Below, piece after piece: positions 27,701-40,168 of a DNA stretch of 64,000 bases. The translations under genes were made by a program, and so were the position numbers. The notes below the pieces were generated by a model. That model saw nothing but the letters and a program-made list of their open reading frames with translations. It had not been told where the DNA came from and made no database searches. This stretch comes from Proteromonas lacertae (Eukaryota), in assembly GCA_002245135.1 (NCBI GenBank), contig NGBS01000293.1:186001-250000 (forward strand). Direction: 5' to 3'. Every line of letters starts with the position of its first letter. Positions within the stretch are counted from its first letter, which is position 1.

Positions 27701-30700
27701 TATTGAGTTTAGCATTTCTATTGACTTATCAAATTCATTTATATCATTTTCTACTCCAATTATATCATATTTCACTTTTTCAAAAGATTCTAAAATATTC
27801 TTCTTTTCTATTATTAAATGAATAGAAGAAATTTCATCAAATTTGGTCAATGTAGTTTCAGTTTCTTTCAGCAGTGTATGTAAATTTTTATAATACAATT
27901 TAAATGATTCACTATTACTTTGTATATATTTCTTATATTGAATCATATCATTCTTATATTCTTCCACTATATTCGATTCATTTGTCAAATTTTCTTCCAA
28001 TCGAATTGTCTTTTGTTTTAACACATTATTGTCATATTGATATTGTATTATCCTTTCTTCAAGTGAATGAATATTATCATCATCATTTTTGATTTGTTGT
28101 TTCAATTCTTCACATTCCCTATTTATGTTTTCATTTTCAGATTCTAATTTTTCATAATCTTTAGTTAATAAATTCAATGCATTTTCTATATCTTCTTTAT
28201 TCTCTTTTATTTTTGATAACTCAACTAATATCTTTGATAAGTCATTTTGTTTTAATAAAAATCTATCCAACAATTTGTTCAATTCATTTTGAATAGTTTT
28301 TAACTCTTCAGATATTTGTTTTTGGTTTGACTGATGCTTGATTATTTCATCTTTCATCTTTATTATTTTCTTTTCTTTTTCTATCTCCTTCATTTCTTTT
28401 TCTTCATTTTCTAGAACTTTCTTCATATTATCTATTGCGGATTTTATATTCTCTAATTTTGTTTTATAATCATTTTCTTCTTCCTTTGTTATATTGTAAG
28501 TATCAGAATTGAGTAATTTATTCATAGTATTTTTGGCATTTTCATACAAACTTTCTATTGATGTAAAATCATATTTAACATTCTCAAAATATTCTTTTAA
28601 TGATAAATAAGTGATATATAAATCCATTGATTGTAATAACAACTTATTATTTGATTCACATTTCTGTATTTCTTTTGATAATTTTTCTTCATTTTCTTCA
28701 TTATTTTGTAATATTTCAATTATATTTGAACTTGATATATCTATTGATGATAAAGTAGATTTCAATTGTTTAATATTTGATTTGATTTCTTCTGTCTTCT
28801 TTATAACATTTGCATTTGTTTCTTTGAATATTTTTGATTGTGATTCAGAGTTGTGATTCATTTCAATTTCTGATATTTTTATTTTTATATTTTCATTGGA
28901 TTGATCAAGGCTTGATATGTTTGATTCTATTACACTGATTTTGTTGGTTAATTTTCCTTGAATTTCTGCTTTAATTAATAATAAAGTGGAATGTAATGAT
29001 TTGTATTTCATTTCAATTTCATTCATTTCATTTTCTATCTGATTCTTCTTTTTCTTCATTTCATTTATTTTCATTTCATTGTTACTGCTATTATTATCTT
29101 CACAATCACATTCAGAAATCTGTTTATTCAATTCTTTCAATTCGTTTTGTTTATTTTCTAATTCATTCTTTAATTCTTCTATTAAAATAATATAACTCAT
29201 TTTCTTTGGATTTAAATTTGGTATTTTATCTTTTTCTTCTTTCTTCTCTCCATTTGTCATTTCATTATTTGTAATTATCATACATTCTCTTGGGAAATCT
29301 TCTTCATTCAATTCATTATAATATTCACTAATTGATTCAATTCCTTTCATTAATTCATTGTTATTGTTTTGTATATTCTTCACTTCATTTATCATTGAAT
29401 TCATTTGACTATAATAAGAAAATGAATTAGTCATTCTATTAATTTGATTAATATATTCTGGAGATAGTTTTTCATACTTTTCTATTTCTTCTTCTAATTC
29501 TTTTATTCTATTTAATCTTTGTGATTTTTCTTCTTCAGTTTCATTCTCATTATTAACATTCTGAAGAGTGGAAACTTCATCTTTTAAGAATAAAATCTTC
29601 TCATTCAAATTGGTTATGTTTTCTTTTAATTCATTAAATTTCTCTTTCTTTTCTAATAAATATTCATTTCCATTCATTTCTTCATTATTTATTGATAATA
29701 GAGTTTCATTAATTTCTTTACTTTTACATTCTAATTCACTGATTTCATTTTTAGTTTTATTACATCTATTATCTAGATTATTGATTTTATATTCTTCAAA
29801 TTGTACATTTGTTTCTTGAAGATCATTTTCTAATTCTTTCTGCTTATTATTCAACTTTTCAATCTCATTTTCATTCTGTTTATCCTTTTCATTATTTACT
29901 TCATTTTCTAATTCATTTAATTCATTTTCAATGTTTAATAAGTCATTTTGCATATTATCCAAATCATTATCATTATGATTATCATCACTCAACATTTTTT
30001 CTTGCTTTAAAAGGCTTTTCTTTATTTCATTCAATTTCATTCTATATTCTTCTGTTTTTTCATCTCCATTATCATCATTTTCTTCTATTTTTGATATTAA
30101 ATCATCAATTATTTCAATCTTATTCTTCATTTTATTCATTCTATCATCAATGAATTTGTGTATAATTTTCTCTTCTTTATTCTCATTTTCTACTTTAATA
30201 TAATCAAATTCCATAATTGTTTCATTGTTGAGATTAGAATAATGAGTTGTTTCTGTTACTATTGATTCTAAGTTACTATTTAAATTGAATATCTCTTTAT
30301 TGATTGTGTTAATTTCATCTTTTATAATATTTTTTGATGTATGATTATTGATATTGTTGTTATTCTTTCCAATAACATTCTTTTTTATTTCATTAATTCT
30401 ATTTTTGATATTTCCAATGTTATTCTCAAATTCTTTACACTTTTCATTATATTCATCCAATTCATATTTACTAGATAAACCTTTTGAATTTACTTCTTTA
30501 TATTTTGTGTAAATACTCTGATATTGTTTTTCTAATCTTTCTAAATCGTCTAATTCGGATATATCATTTATATTCTTTTTAATATTGTTCATTAATTGGA
30601 TAAATGAATCAAATAAAACAACCAAATCAATCACATTCTTATTGTATTTGTTAATAATGTCTTGTAAGTTTTTAGCATCAATTTCGTCAGTTTTATTACT

Positions 30701-33700
30701 ATCTATTTCATTATTTTGATTTTCTACTCCTTCTTTGATTGTTTCTAATTTGCTTTTAATCAAATCATAATCCTTTAACAATTGATTCTTAGTAATTTCA
30801 CTTGAATTTTCATTGTTTTGTATCATATCTAACTCTTCTTTAATACTGCTACTATTGTTCAATTGATTATCAAATTCATTAATGGAGTTAATTATTGTAG
30901 AATATGAATTAGATAAATAATTGATTGATGTATCTTTTAAAGATATATAATCAGAATAATAGGGTGTTAAGCCTTTTAATAATTCATTAATATTTCTATC
31001 TATTGAGTTATTATAACTCTGATAATTAATATAAATAAACTTTTCAACACTTTTCAATTGAGAATGAATTTCTTTTAGAGTATCTGCTGTAGATTCAGAA
31101 TCATCAATAAAATTCTCCAAATTAGTTTCAATATCATTCAATTGTTCCATATATTTAGATACATTCATTTTACTTTCATTTACTTTAGTTTCAATCTCTT
31201 TATATTCTTCTTTTGATGTTAATGTACTTATTGAACTTAGAATCTTCATTATTTCACTAATATTATCATTTATACTTTTATAATTATTACAATTCTCAAT
31301 AGCAAACTTTATCCTTTCTTCATACAATTCCGTTGGACCACAATCATCATATCTGCTTTTAAATGATTCTAATTCATCAATAGTATTTCTATTCTCATTT
31401 AATTCTTCTTTTAACTCATTAATTTCTTCTTTTAATTGTATTTCTTCTTCTTCAAATTGAAGTAACTGCTTTTCTATCTTTTTAAACTTTCTGTTTTCAT
31501 CTTCAATTTCTTTTTCTTTACTTTCTATTGTATCCTTTAACTCGATATTTTCTTTCAACAGCTTTTCAGTTGTTTCTTTTTCTATTGTTAAATCAGAGGT
31601 TATTTCAGCACTTTCTTTCTGTAAGATTGTCACTGTTTCTAATATCTTCTCAGGATTCTTTTCTAACAGAATCAAATTCATTTTATAACCATTTAATTTT
31701 TCATATATTCCATTTATATCTTCTTCTATCATTTTCTCTCTATTTTGTCTAATTTCTATTTCTGAATCAATGACATTATTATTATTATTATTATCAGTGT
31801 GTGATTTATTGATTAATAATTCAACTTGATCATTTTCATTCTCCAAATTTTCATTCACTTTCTCCAATTCATCTTTTTCTTTTAACAATAACTCTTTCAA
31901 TTCATCGATTTTTTCTTTTGATATTTTTGTAGTAGAAATCATATTTACAGCTGATAAGTTATATGAATTTACTGTATTTAACTGAGTTGAATATTCTTCA
32001 TATAATTCCTTAGCATTTTGATACTTTCTAGTTAATTCATATATCCTTTCCTTCAACTCTAATAATTTTCGATATAACACCAAATTAATATATAAAATAT
32101 TTTGATCCGTTTCAATATTTTTTAATGAATTGCCAACAGATTCTAACTTTGATTCACATTCCATTATTGTCTTTAATGGATCTGTATTATTACTGTTATT
32201 ATTATTATTAGATTTTGCTTTTGGTGTAGAAACTGGTACAATCTGCGATCTTGTATTTTCCACTATAAATAAATCATTACTAACTACATCTATCTTATCA
32301 TCAATAATGTTCTGTTTTTCTTCAAATTCATTTATTTTTATATCTTGATGATTAGGATTATATTCAATATCATATTTGATATTTTCACAATTTTCTTTCT
32401 TTATTTTTATCATTCTAATCTTCTGCTGATATTCTTTGATATGATTCTTTACTCTTTCTCTTAATAATTTAACCATTTCTCTTCTCAACTTTCTATTTTG
32501 TCTTTTCAATTCAGGTATTCCACCTCTAGTCAGAATTATATCATTTTTACTATTTTCACCTTTTATTAATTCATCTAATGATTCTAAATCTACCACAGAT
32601 CTTCCTAACTTCTTTGATGGAGAAACTGATGTTGATAATGGAGATAATGATGAAGTTGATAATGGTGAAGATGAACTCTTAAGTGATCTAAAAATAGGAC
32701 TATCAAAACTTCTTCTTAAACTGAAACTATCACGAATATTACTATTTGAGCTATTCCTTTCATCTAAATATTGGCTATAATCATGACATTCTATTGATAA
32801 TTCTCTTATTTTGTTTTCTAATGTGATTATATCATAATGTAATGCATTAATATCATCTAATTGACTGTTTATATTATTATTATTATTATTATCACTAACA
32901 GTATTTGTGTTAATATGATAGAATCTTTCATTTATATTTTTAATCATTTCTGTAATTTCTTCAACCAACACTTTCATTGTATTTATTTCATCAATATTAC
33001 TGTTATTAAAACTATCCGTTATATCTTTAATACTGTCCTGTAAAGAATCAAATGTATCAGTTTCAGTATTAAAATGAATAGTTAATAATTGTATAGTATT
33101 GTTTATATCTGTTGAATTTATCATACTGTTCACATTTTGAGATAAAACATTCAACGATTTATGACATAACAAAATATCTGATAATATATTTTGAATGCAT
33201 TCTTCCAGTGGAATTATTTGTTCATCATTTTGAATATTTTCTTTTAATAAATAATCAACACTTTCGATTGATTCTTTGATTTTATTGATTCTAGTTTTTA
33301 ACTCATTGTTCAATTTGTCTATTAGCATTTGTTCCATTGTTATATTGTTATCTTCGTTTAGTGTATTTTCTTCCTCTAATTGTATTGATGATTCATTTAT
33401 ACTGTCGTTATTATTACTTATATTCACTATCTCATCATTATCCTCTTGTTTTAATAAAAGTGATGGAGTTTTAACCATTTGTAATGATTTCATTATATTA
33501 TTATAATAATTGATAATGTTTTCGTCATTTTGACATGTTTCATTCAAACTAATTAGATTTTGTTTGATTTTTGTCAAACGAATAGTATTTTTTAATGTTA
33601 TAGACACTTCATCAATTCTATTTTGAATTAGTTTTGAGTTATTTCTTATCTCACTTATTTCAGATTTTTCCTTTGTTATTAAGTCTAATTTAATCTTTTC

Positions 33701-34888
33701 AGGTGATTTAATGTAACTATTTATCTCATTTAATAGTTTATTAATCTCACTCTTTGTATCATTACACATTTTAGTTTCATCAATTAACAGTGATCTATTT
33801 TGTTGTAATATTGTTTTGTTTATATATTTCTCATTTTCTATTGATTTAATATATTGCTTATTTCTATTTATCTCTTCTTCATCATCATTTATTAATTGCA
33901 ATAATTCATTCAATTCTTCTTGGTCATCTGGTAGAGTCTTTTTCAAGATTTCTTTTTCATCTTTTTCTTTTTTTACTGTTCCATTTTCTAAATTATCCAC
34001 TTCATTCTGAAGGTTCTTCTTTTCTTCTTTTAACTTTGTTATAACATTTTTACTCTCTTTTAATTCATCTTTCAATCCATTTATTACTTTTATCTTTTCT
34101 TGATACATTTTTTTATTTTTTTTGGTATCTTCTTTTAATTCATTATTTACCTTCATTAATTCCATATATTCTTCACTTTTATTATTTATTGTGGATTCTA
34201 ATTGTTTTATTTTTATACTATTCTCGTTGTTTTTCTTTGTTTTTTCATCTAACAACTTTTTTGTTGATGATAGTTCCTTCTTCAATAATTTCATATCCTT
34301 TTCTAAAGATTTGTTTATTGAATCCATTTCTTTGTTATCTAATTTCATATTTTCGTTTTCTTCTTTTAATTTTTCCATCTCTTTGTTATAATTGGACTTG
34401 TCTTTACCTCTTAACTCAATTTCTTCATTCAATTTATCCATTGCTTCTCTTAATTTGCTTTCAAGGGAAGCATTCAAACTTTGAAGACGCTGCACTTCCA
34501 TTTTTTGAGATCTTACTGTTTGTTCTGCTTGGAATATCTTTAAATTCACAAGTGTGTTCTGAGACTGATTATCTTTAACACATTCAGCCATTAAATTCAG
34601 TTTATTGGATAATTCTTCACACTCAATCTTTAATCGATTTTCATTTGCCTCATTCCTTACTTTCTCTTCTTTCAGCTCAGTCTTTACTTTTCTTAATTCT
34701 TTCTTCAGCTTTTCATTTAATTCTTTTGTTTCTACACTCGAATCGCTTATGTTCTTTACACATTCTGTTAGAGATGCATTTGTTTCTTTTAAGCTGAATA
34801 TTTCTTCTTTTAATTCGCTAATCTCATCCCTTGCGTTTTGATTGGTCAATTGGAGAAATTCAATATTGTCTTCACCTTCATCTTCCAT
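24791..34888 (-). CDS. Giant coiled-coil protein (about 3,340 aa) with a globular C-terminal domain resembling the dynein stalk/MTBD; 2 introns near the 3' end
   Basis: First ATG is at 34888 (MEDEGEDNIEF). GT-AG introns at about 25687-25735 and 25600-25631 splice the 3066-aa ORF in frame to the 24791-25585 ORF (KLE|EADSNNDPNVINMKKCVM-N-ARRAVMTARAS). Confidence 0.8.
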
Positions 34889-34914
34889 ATTAAAATTTGA
34901 ATTTATCAACTTTT

Positions 34915-34927
34915 CAAGCCAGGCTTG
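34915..34927. promoter_or_regulatory. Palindromic pair of the recurrent GGCTTG upstream motif (CAAGCC-A-GGCTTG)
   Basis: Perfect inverted repeat about 27 nt upstream of ATG 34888. The same hexamer lies just upstream of several other ATGs in the window. Confidence 0.45.
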
Positions 34928-35150
34928 TCTGACTTATTTCTTTTATCTCCTTATTTTGTGTGAGATTATAAAGAAAATCAGATAAAAACAGCAATATTAC
35001 TTCTCTAAGATTGGCTTATGTTGTTGCAATCATGCCTTATGAGTAGTCGAAATTTCTCATTAAACTGCAAGTAATACACGAAAAATTATATCCTCATTCA
35101 ACATATCATAGTTTTTTATGTTGGTATTGATTTGAAAAGAGTATAATTCT
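34928..35150 (+). ncRNA. Candidate structured non-coding RNA (three hairpins, H/ACA-like layout), family unassigned
   Basis: Hairpin TCTGA..TTTCTTT.ATCTC / GAGAT..AAAGAAAATCAGA at 34928-34982, then an ANANNA-like hinge. A second stem TATTACTT/AAGTAATA ends in ACA at about 35076, and a third stem is CAACATA/TATGTTG. Strand is inferred only from G-U pairs. Confidence 0.3.
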
Positions 35151-35240
35151 AATACTGTAAAATTTCTTCAATTAAATCCATAAATTAAACCATACACAAA
35201 CAACAAGTAATAATAATAATAACAATAATAATACAATAAT

Positions 35241-38200
35241 TTAATGAATGTGACTTCTATAATATTTTACATATTCCTTTATTACATATTTCACATAATT
35301 TATGTTATTAATCTTCCTAGGATCAGTTAATAATCTCACTAATTCTACTCCTCTTTGATTACCTAAAACATCTTTAATTGGTTTAATAAAATATGTTTCA
35401 AAATCAGCTTTTATCACTTCATAATAATGTGGGATTAATACTGTTAATATTGATGATAAAGATCCATCATCTGATAAAAGATTCTTTGTTGGTTGATTAA
35501 TAAAACTATTACTCAATACATTACAAATCAAAGCAGTTCTTGTATTAATTATTTCAATTATACATTTCTTTATGGTTTTCTTTTCTTCATCACTTGTTAT
35601 ATTAACACTATAAGGAATATTGAGAAATGATTCTATAAAGAAACAAACAGATACATAACAGTAATTCTCTTGAATTGATAACATTTGTAATGAATAATCA
35701 AATATTCTCTCAACATTTGGAATATGTAAGAAATCTTTACCAAATCCTCGAATATATTTCATTGCTGTATTAAAGTAGTCTTCTATAACTTCAGGATTTT
35801 CTGTTCCTATTTCTAATGATGGATATGTTTGCATTGTCATTACTGTGAAATAGTTAAATGCATTTAGTAGCTTTTCTTGAACTCTATTTAAAATAAATAT
35901 TTATATATATACTGCGGAATATCACCATACATTTCACCCATTATTCCAATTGGATATAATAAACCACAGCTTGGTTTTACTTTATAATATTCCTCTAATA
36001 GATTAATTACATTATCTAAATAAGGAATAAAACCAACTCCAGTCACTCTCATTATTGTTCGAATCAAAGTACAAACTTTATCTATTACTGGAGAATCATT
36101 ATAATATTTTTGAAATGTTATTATTATTGTATCATACATCCCTTGAAAGAATGCTAATCGAGGATCATTTTCAGGTGAAGCTACTACAATCTCAGTTTCT
36201 TCAAGTAATTTCTATACAAATAATAATATATAATTTATAATATATAAAGATATACATATATTCGAATATAACAGGAAGCTATTAAATAAGAATCAACTGA
36301 ATCATTTAATAAATAATTTCTAAGTTCATTTACTGGAGTTGATAAGAATCTTTCTAATAATTCTAATCTCTTTTCATTTACACATTTATTGATTAATCTA
36401 GTAAAACTTAATGCCATTGCTTTTTGATCAGTTGTAGAAAATATTTTTTGATTTTCATTTAGTAATAATATTTTGTTGAATATTTCTTCATTAGAAAATA
36501 TAATTTCACATGAACTTGGAAGAATGTTGTACATATTTCGAGATATTGATCTTTGACTGATTTTATCCTCTAATAATTTAAATAACATTTCAAATAAAGA
36601 CTTAAATAGATTAATATCCTTCGAGATTATTCTAGCATAAGCACCAAATATATTTATACATTCCATTACTATTTTAGCACTACAATTTAACGACTTTTCA
36701 TCAGTTTTATCAAGCACAGCTAGAGATGGTAATTGTTGGAATATTTTAATAAACAATTGTGGAAAATCGTTAATCTCTCTTTTGACAAAATAACCAGCAA
36801 CTGATCTACACAAGTATAGACTACATTCTAAATATCTCCAGTTACTTCGATTAGTAATATATTGTTGAAGTCCTGTTGTATATAATTGTTCGATTTCTGG
36901 TAAATAGAAACTAACTGGATCTAGCGGCTCTATATACACTAATACTTCACGATAATTCTTTCGATTCTTTAACCAATCATATTGTCCATTCTTGTCAAAA
37001 TCAAAGAAATTCTATTTATCAGTATTTTATTATATATTATATATATAATTAAATACTTCTGGATATAAAACTAATGGTATTAATCCGACATATAATTTCT
37101 TCAAAATATCACCATAATATTTAAATAATTGAACTCGATTATCCTATTCATAAATAAATCCATTAATATATTATATATTTATACAGATTTAACAATAACT
37201 TCTAAAAATTCAATCCAAAATGAATAAGCATTATTATTGATATCTTCGTCTCCATTACTCATTATTATATACATATAATTGACTAATTTGAGATAATTAT
37301 CATTAGCTTCTTCACACAATTTCTTAAATACTCCTTCAGCTAATTCAGCATATAATTTTGAAAATTCTTCTATTAACCTGTCATCATTATTCTGTACTGA
37401 TGATTCGAATAAATTTCCTGTGTATTGAAGTACTACTGGTAATAGTTCAGCCATAAAATCACGGTTTTCATTGTCGTTATAAGTTTCAGCAATATCTCTA
37501 ATTGACTGTAATGATGGAGAAAACAACTCTTCTGAATTTAAAGAGTAAAAAAATATATATTAAAGAAAATATTATATATATATATATATATAAAGATATA
37601 TCAAAACACATCTTTAACAATGGACTATCTTTTATCTCTTCAGGTTTTATATCACCTATTCTTATCCAAGCAGTAAAACAATTAAAAATTCTACCTATTA
37701 TATAAGTATTACCATTTGCTTTGTCTATTAAGCCAGTTAATAATGAAATTATATCTTTTGAATAATTACGCATTCTTTCTTGGAATATACAATAATTTTC
37801 CTTAGATACTGCAATCTATAGAATAAATGTCATATTTTTAATAATATATTATACAACATTTTTATCATGAATCAAACATTCTGCTAATGCATTTAATAAC
37901 TCCACTAGTATTGGTAATTTGCTTACATCAGTAAATTCAACAACAAAACATGTTATTGGATCAAACCATTTAGAACATTGCATCGAATATGCAGCAAAAG
38001 CTTGAGAGATGGTAGAACGACAGTTATTTGGACCTAAATTATAAATGAACTCAATTATACCATCTACAAATTTATGGCATAAATTAAACAGTGTAGTTTT
38101 CAATTCTTGTTGATCATTTTCAGGTAATTGCTCAAAATCATTCCTTATTTTGTTCTTTAAGAAAAAACATCCATAATAAGCAAAATTTGGATTAGTATCA

Positions 38201-38372
38201 TTTGCAAGTTGGAAAGAAATAGACCAACATTCATTTAGTCTTTGGAATTGGTTTATAAATCTGTCAGATTCTCGAAATGTGTCATTATTTACTCCATTTA
38301 TAATATTCTAGTCCAATAAACTAAAAATTATACTGTCAAAACACTTTTAATATTTTCTAATGTTACAGACAT
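35241..38372 (-). CDS. TNPO3: Transportin-3/Mtr10 (importin-beta family, importin-13-like) nuclear import receptor, 7 introns
   Basis: Spliced N-terminus reads MSVTLENIKSVLT|NIING...FQRLNECWSIS...LKNKIRNDFEQLPENDQQELKTTL, typical of the IBN_N region of TNPO3/Mtr10. Later motifs include CFTAWIR, YSFW, WRYLECSLY and ENPEVIEDYF. Six GT-AG introns plus one AT-AC intron give an uninterrupted frame. Confidence 0.75.
37545..37599 (-). other. U12-type (minor spliceosome) AT-AC intron, 55 nt
   Basis: 5' end ATATCTTTA, branch-like TTTTCTTTAAT, 3' end TTTTAC. Removal gives in-frame LLKMCFD|SLNSEELFSPS; nearby GT-AG combinations create stops or frameshifts. Confidence 0.85.
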
Positions 38373-38478
38373 GATTTTAAATTTTTGATTAAATGAAAAT
38401 CAAACAAATCATCAAGCTATCCGTTTCACACAAACAAAAAATATCAAAATATCCATATATAATCACAATTAACTTAAT

Positions 38479-40006
38479 TTAAGGATTAAATAATCTCGCA
38501 GAATGAGATCTCACTTTCAATTCACCATCTTCTTCATCATTATAATAACTACTATTAATCTCAGTCAAATACTTTACAGGATCTTTCCCAACAACAATAA
38601 AAGGACTAAATTCTGTACTAAGCATCGCTCTTACTTCTGACTGATTTGGTGATATTTTATTTACTAAAGAATTCCTTTCAACATCCTTCTTCTTCGGAGA
38701 TGGCCTTCTGAGTTTAGTAGTTGTAGATATTACACTACCTCTGTGTCTATATAATCCTAATGATTTCCATCTATAATTATGACCTTGCCATTTACCTACT
38801 TGCACACTAAATATTGGTTTATTCATCTCATCTATTGTAGCTGCTTCTTGTCTTGCTGATTTTGAAGCATTATTATTATTTCCATTTATTGGCGGATGTG
38901 GAGTTATAATTCTATCTTTATCTGATAATAATTTATCATCAGGAGATTGTGATTTAACTGCAATAGTTTTTGGTTTAAATTCATTTTGTTGATTTACTTT
39001 CTGTAAAGGAGGAAATTGTTTCATTTCCTCTTTTGTTGGTTGACATTTTATTACTGAAGGTATATAATATGATTCTATATTCTCTTTGTCTTTAAAATGT
39101 GTTCTATAATAACGGATAGCTCGATCTCTAGAACATATAGCATCTTTTACACCTTTTAATTGTTCTCTTAAATCATATTCACTTCGAGCTACTTCTGATT
39201 GATTCCATTCATAATAATGTATGAATTCTGTTATTAGATAGGATAAATCTGATATTTCTGCTTTTAAATCAGTGATTGTTTTATTGAGAAATTCTATATA
39301 TAATTCATAATATTGATTTGAAATAGATTTTGTTTTACTTGATTCTGCTTGTTTCTTCTGTTTTATACATTCTATTAATTGTTGTTGTTTATAACTCTTA
39401 TTGTCTTTTAATACATTTAATAAATGTTCATATAATTCATTGCATGGAACTGGATTTTCTTCTGATACTTCAATCATGTGTTTTACTTCATCCAAATCAT
39501 CTGATAATTGTCTATTCTCTTGCTCTATAATAATAAAATAATAAGTAAATGTATATAGTGATAGATATATACGTAGATCGTTTATCATTTTGTCATATTT
39601 CTGTTCAGTTAGCTGATGTTCATATAACATCTTTTCTTCTACTTTGATCCTATCTCCATTCATTCTTGTTAGGAATTTTGGTTTAAATTTCATATAATCT
39701 GATTTTATATCGAAAAATATGTTTGTAATATTTTCATTAGCATCATCGCTGTATTTTACAAATATTGAAGATATATCCTAAAGCAGAATTAACAAAACAA
39801 ACTATACATCACATTTACTATTACTAACTTCTAGCATCATTTTTGAAAACATATTCTTTAAATAATACTCAGCATTTCTCAACCTAAAATCGATAGAAGT
39901 GTTAATTAACTGATCCATCATGTCAATAGCTGTTCGAGACTATAAATAGAATCATTTGCAATCATACATGAATAATAGCATTCTCTATTTGTGTGTCTAT
40001 ATTCAT
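38479..40006 (-). CDS. Hypothetical coiled-coil protein with low-complexity basic C-terminus, about 3 introns
   Basis: ATG at 40006. Two GT-AG introns join MNIDTQIENAIIH|SRTAID...SKCD|DISSIF in frame to the 404-aa ORF. A further in-frame AT-rich intron lies at about 39525-39572. No family recognised. Confidence 0.65.
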
Positions 40007-40168
40007 ATTTTACGATTTTTTAAACAAAACTGTTTTCTTCTTTCAAGCCAAACTATTTCATTTTTATTATTTGTGTTTTTCTCTATCATATCGATGTATT
40101 TTTACAAAAAAAAATATTAAAAAGGTCAGATACGTATTTGAAGATGTAAAAATTTAATTTGTCATAAA

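Noticed and set aside
34889..34909. TTG/GTG starts in the ORF track (e.g. 107, 13432, 34909, 25585)
   Set aside because: These are artefacts of prokaryotic ORF calling; the eukaryotic models start at ATG or continue from upstream exons.
35031..35055. ATGCCTTATGAGTAG resembles the 5' end of U12 snRNA
   Set aside because: It lacks the AAACT segment and the GTAAGGA branch-pairing sequence, and there is no well-placed Sm site.
35140..35205. ATAATTCTA...AAACCAT...ACA resembling U17/snR30 m1/m2 motifs
   Set aside because: m1 is mismatched, no basal stem forms, and the segment is better explained as the GT-rich 3' region of the transportin gene on the other strand.
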